Part shown: positions 61,521 to 64,000 of the stretch, one piece after another
Position numbering within the stretch: position 1 is the stretch's first letter
Layout: each line of letters opens with the position of its first letter
Source of the DNA: Macrostomum lignano
Lineage: Eukaryota
Assembly (NCBI GenBank): GCA_002269645.1
Contig: NIVC01001449.1
Coordinates: 224,034 to 288,033 of the forward strand
Direction of reading: 5' to 3'
Length of the DNA: 64,000 bases
Program-made: the position numbers and the translations under genes
The notes under the pieces: generated by a model
Told to the model about the DNA's origin: nothing
The model's input: the letters and a program-made list of their open reading frames with translations, nothing else
Databases searched by the model: none

Positions 61521-62293
61521 TTACAATGGGATTTTAGTTAGAACATCCTTATACAAATCTTGCTCATCCTCATCAGCTCTTGTATTTATATAGATATAGC
61601 CATACTTCTTTTTCCAAGCCTCTCTACATTTAGCCTTGAATATAGCGGGTTCATAATTCGTTTCTATATTTCTAGCAATGTGATTTAAGTTTGTATCTTT
61701 TTGTTTAAAGATTATGTAACATGTCGTATTCTCCCTGACAGTATTGCGATCTAGTTTGGTAAAATTTTGAGCTAGATAAAAACCACAACAGTTTCCATGC
61801 CTGCCTCTCTGAAACAGACTTTCCTGAAATGTTTGATTAGCCTCTCCAAAACATCATCCAATATCACACATGTCTTTAGTCCATTATGAAAAATTTCTTC
61901 ATTTGGAGTATGGGAAAGAGTGACAGGAATTTTCTCTATTACTTCTGAATTTTCTGATGTGCTTTGCACTCGACCAGGGTTGGCTGCCTCTCGACAAATA
62001 TGTCTAATATCTTCAGGAGATGCATCCTCACTCACCTGGTAGACATGATAGAGTGAGTTGATAAGAGAAGGTGGGAGACCATTTTCAAAGCCATATTTTA
62101 GAAACTGATACTCTGGATCCATTTGAGATGCTCTGGGAACATATAAAACTAACTCATTAAAGTCAACTAGTTTTTCAGGACTTGTAAGAATATGGAATAG
62201 TAAATATGTTTTACCCGTATTTGTAGCGCCGATAATACAACATAAAAGAGGATTAGGGAAAATAGGATCATGCTGAAATTTTACTTTGGGCAT
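61521..62293 (-). pseudogene. A32/FtsK-like genome packaging ATPase, one frameshift
   Basis: Walker A IIGATNTGKT, Walker B VILDD; after a shift near 61820, RGRHGNCCGFYLAQN..DRNTVREN (Arg finger/Gln sensor) to stop 61521. Confidence 0.88.
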
Positions 62294-62315
62294 TTAAAAA
62301 AGAAAAAATGACCTT

Positions 62316-63667
62316 ATTCGACGCGGGTCATTTGATATTCACTGGTAACTTTTATTACATTCTTTGTTTGTTCAAGAATTAGTGCAAAAGCAGTCAGCTC
62401 AACATTTGTTGACTTCTTGATAAATAATTGAATATTCACTCCACTCTTGACCAGAAACTCATCTGAGCTGTTAGATCAAAGCAAAGATTGGATAGATGGT
62501 TAGAAAGTCTTGTTTATTGAATGGAGGAGTTACACCGAAACGGCTGCAGATGTCTTCGTACATTTCATACGCTCTGTGAATGTCTTGAGCTACTGGATCA
62601 ATTTCAACATAATCATTCGGATACATCACCTGATTTAATCTGACTTGAAGCTGGGTTATTTTCACTGCATTTGCTCCAGTTTTGTAAGACACATACTTGT
62701 GATCATTAACTATATATGATGGGTTGTTTACGTCATATTTGAAAGCTACAAAGATTGCAAGTGGCATATTGGAGATTTGGCTATGTTCCATGTATATGGA
62801 CTTCCTTGAATGAGTTGTGGCGGAACCGTTACCCTCTCTGGAAATGATACTGTAATGTCCTTGTTGAGTGATTTTAGAAAAGCTGCTTCAGCACTGGGTG
62901 AAAGTAATAGCAGGGATCCAAATCTCAAAGCTATTAATAGTTAACTTAGCTTCCGTCCCGGCAGCTCCAAAGAAAATTTCAGCATCGTTAGTCTTTCTTG
63001 TCCATGTGAATTTATATTTAATTCCTTTGCTAATCTTCTGCCAATCAAGGAACCAATGAGGGGTGTTAATGATAGTTTGATTGTTCCACCTCTGTTTGGA
63101 GCATTAGTGACATTGTTATAATTTTCAAGCCTCCTAATGTATCCAGTATTCGAATCCTTCTTATTGAGTCTATTTTTCATAGCGATTGCTGCAGTTCTCA
63201 CAGCTTCAGCATCTGCGTTGTTTGCTAGAGTATATCAGAAACAGTCCCAGCATCTCCAGTGTCTGGAATCCATCCGTATGCTTCTCCAACTTCATTCATA
63301 ATTTTGAGTACATTACGGACTTTAAGATTGTGTCATACTCTCCAGGATCATTATAGACTTTCTTTGTTCCTCCAATGTCAACTATGAGTTGAGAGAAAAG
63401 TCTCATAGGCCAATTATGTTCTAGAGTAATGTTCGTATTCAAGTCGGTGTTATCTCGTTGTGTTATTGAGTATTTTATACAACCGAATGCCTCTGACATG
63501 AGAATGTATGACTCTGTTGAATTGACTTCATGAACTATTTGACCTCCTGCAACATTGAGATTATTAGTGCTACCTGGTGTTGGAGAAATCTTAATATAGT
63601 CTTCTTTTTTTTGAAAAAGCTAAAAGTTTTGTCTCATATAGTTCAGTATATCCTTTTTGTTCTCCAT
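62316..63667 (-). pseudogene. Major capsid protein (double jelly-roll type), multiple frameshifts
   Basis: About 1.35-kb gene next to ATPase/penton; beta-rich fragments (LFSQLIVDIGG, LQVRLNQVMYP, AYEMYEDIC, YPIFAFDLTAQ); position and size fit an MCP. Confidence 0.72.
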
Positions 63668-63789
63668 TTTTATACGAGAAATTTCAACTAAGCTTCGTGA
63701 GGTCTAAGAATTATCCCATTACCCTGTTTCTCCTTTTCAACTTTAAAAGTCTTTAGCAGCCACTTGACTGCTTCGCTGGTACTTGTTCG

Positions 63790-64000
63790 ACTCTTTTAGC
63801 CGATCAACTAACACTCCACTCCTTGAGCCTTTTTCAACTCTTCTAGTTTTGTCGTTCAATGCTTTCTATTGTCTTATTATGCTTAGCATTGTTGGCTGTA
63901 TTAACACTTTTGCAATCATTGTACCAACTCGGAGGCTGCTCCGATAGCCACCCAATTGCTGGTAGTAAGCCTAATAGAGGAATTATTCCACCTTCATGTT
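63790..64000 (-). pseudogene. Small Polinton core/membrane protein fragment (GG|IIPLLG motif)
   Basis: HEGGIIPLLGLLPAIG..AKSVNTANNAKHNKTIE across frameshifts; GG-x resembles an adenain cleavage site; truncated by the window end. Confidence 0.5.

Larger units (their letters stand above)
50990..64000. mobile_element. Endogenous Polinton/Maverick (adintovirus-like) virus; left terminus unresolved, runs off the right edge
   Basis: pPolB on + converges with a tightly packed minus-strand block: adenain-like protease, penton, A32 ATPase, major capsid; intronless, AT-rich. Confidence 0.92.

Overview
Eukaryotic (animal, probably invertebrate) DNA made up mostly of nested transposable elements, with two host-type genes: an intronless adenosine-receptor-like GPCR (19257-20336) and a GATAD1-like BAH protein (~47321-48091). 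Left to right: (1) a Ty3/gypsy LTR element (991-10795, TSD GGAAG) whose 5' LTR is split by two head-to-tail non-autonomous Helitrons (1230-2093, 2094-6406) carrying minisatellites; (2) a decayed DIRS-type tyrosine-recombinase (YR) retroelement (~11520-18090) whose YR gene is interrupted by a second gypsy (13104-17795, TSD GGATG), which itself carries a 178-bp copy of that YR gene; (3) a tRNA-derived SINE and a probable Crypton-like deletion derivative; (4) a near-complete BEL/Pao element (27617-34376, TSD GTCTG); (5) a candidate 8.7-kb Mutator/Phantom-like element (37701-46400, 40-bp TIRs, 8-bp TSD) with an intact PHD-finger/FLYWCH/MULE transposase and nested MITE and Helitron pieces; (6) from ~51 kb to the window end, an endogenous Polinton/Maverick (adintovirus-like) virus. 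It has an intact protein-primed PolB, adenain-like protease, penton, packaging ATPase, major capsid, a membrane protein, and a fibre-like protein with expanded YSKTEID repeats and two discoidin-like modules. All domain calls come from motif recognition by eye, with no database search. Frameshifts could be assembly errors.
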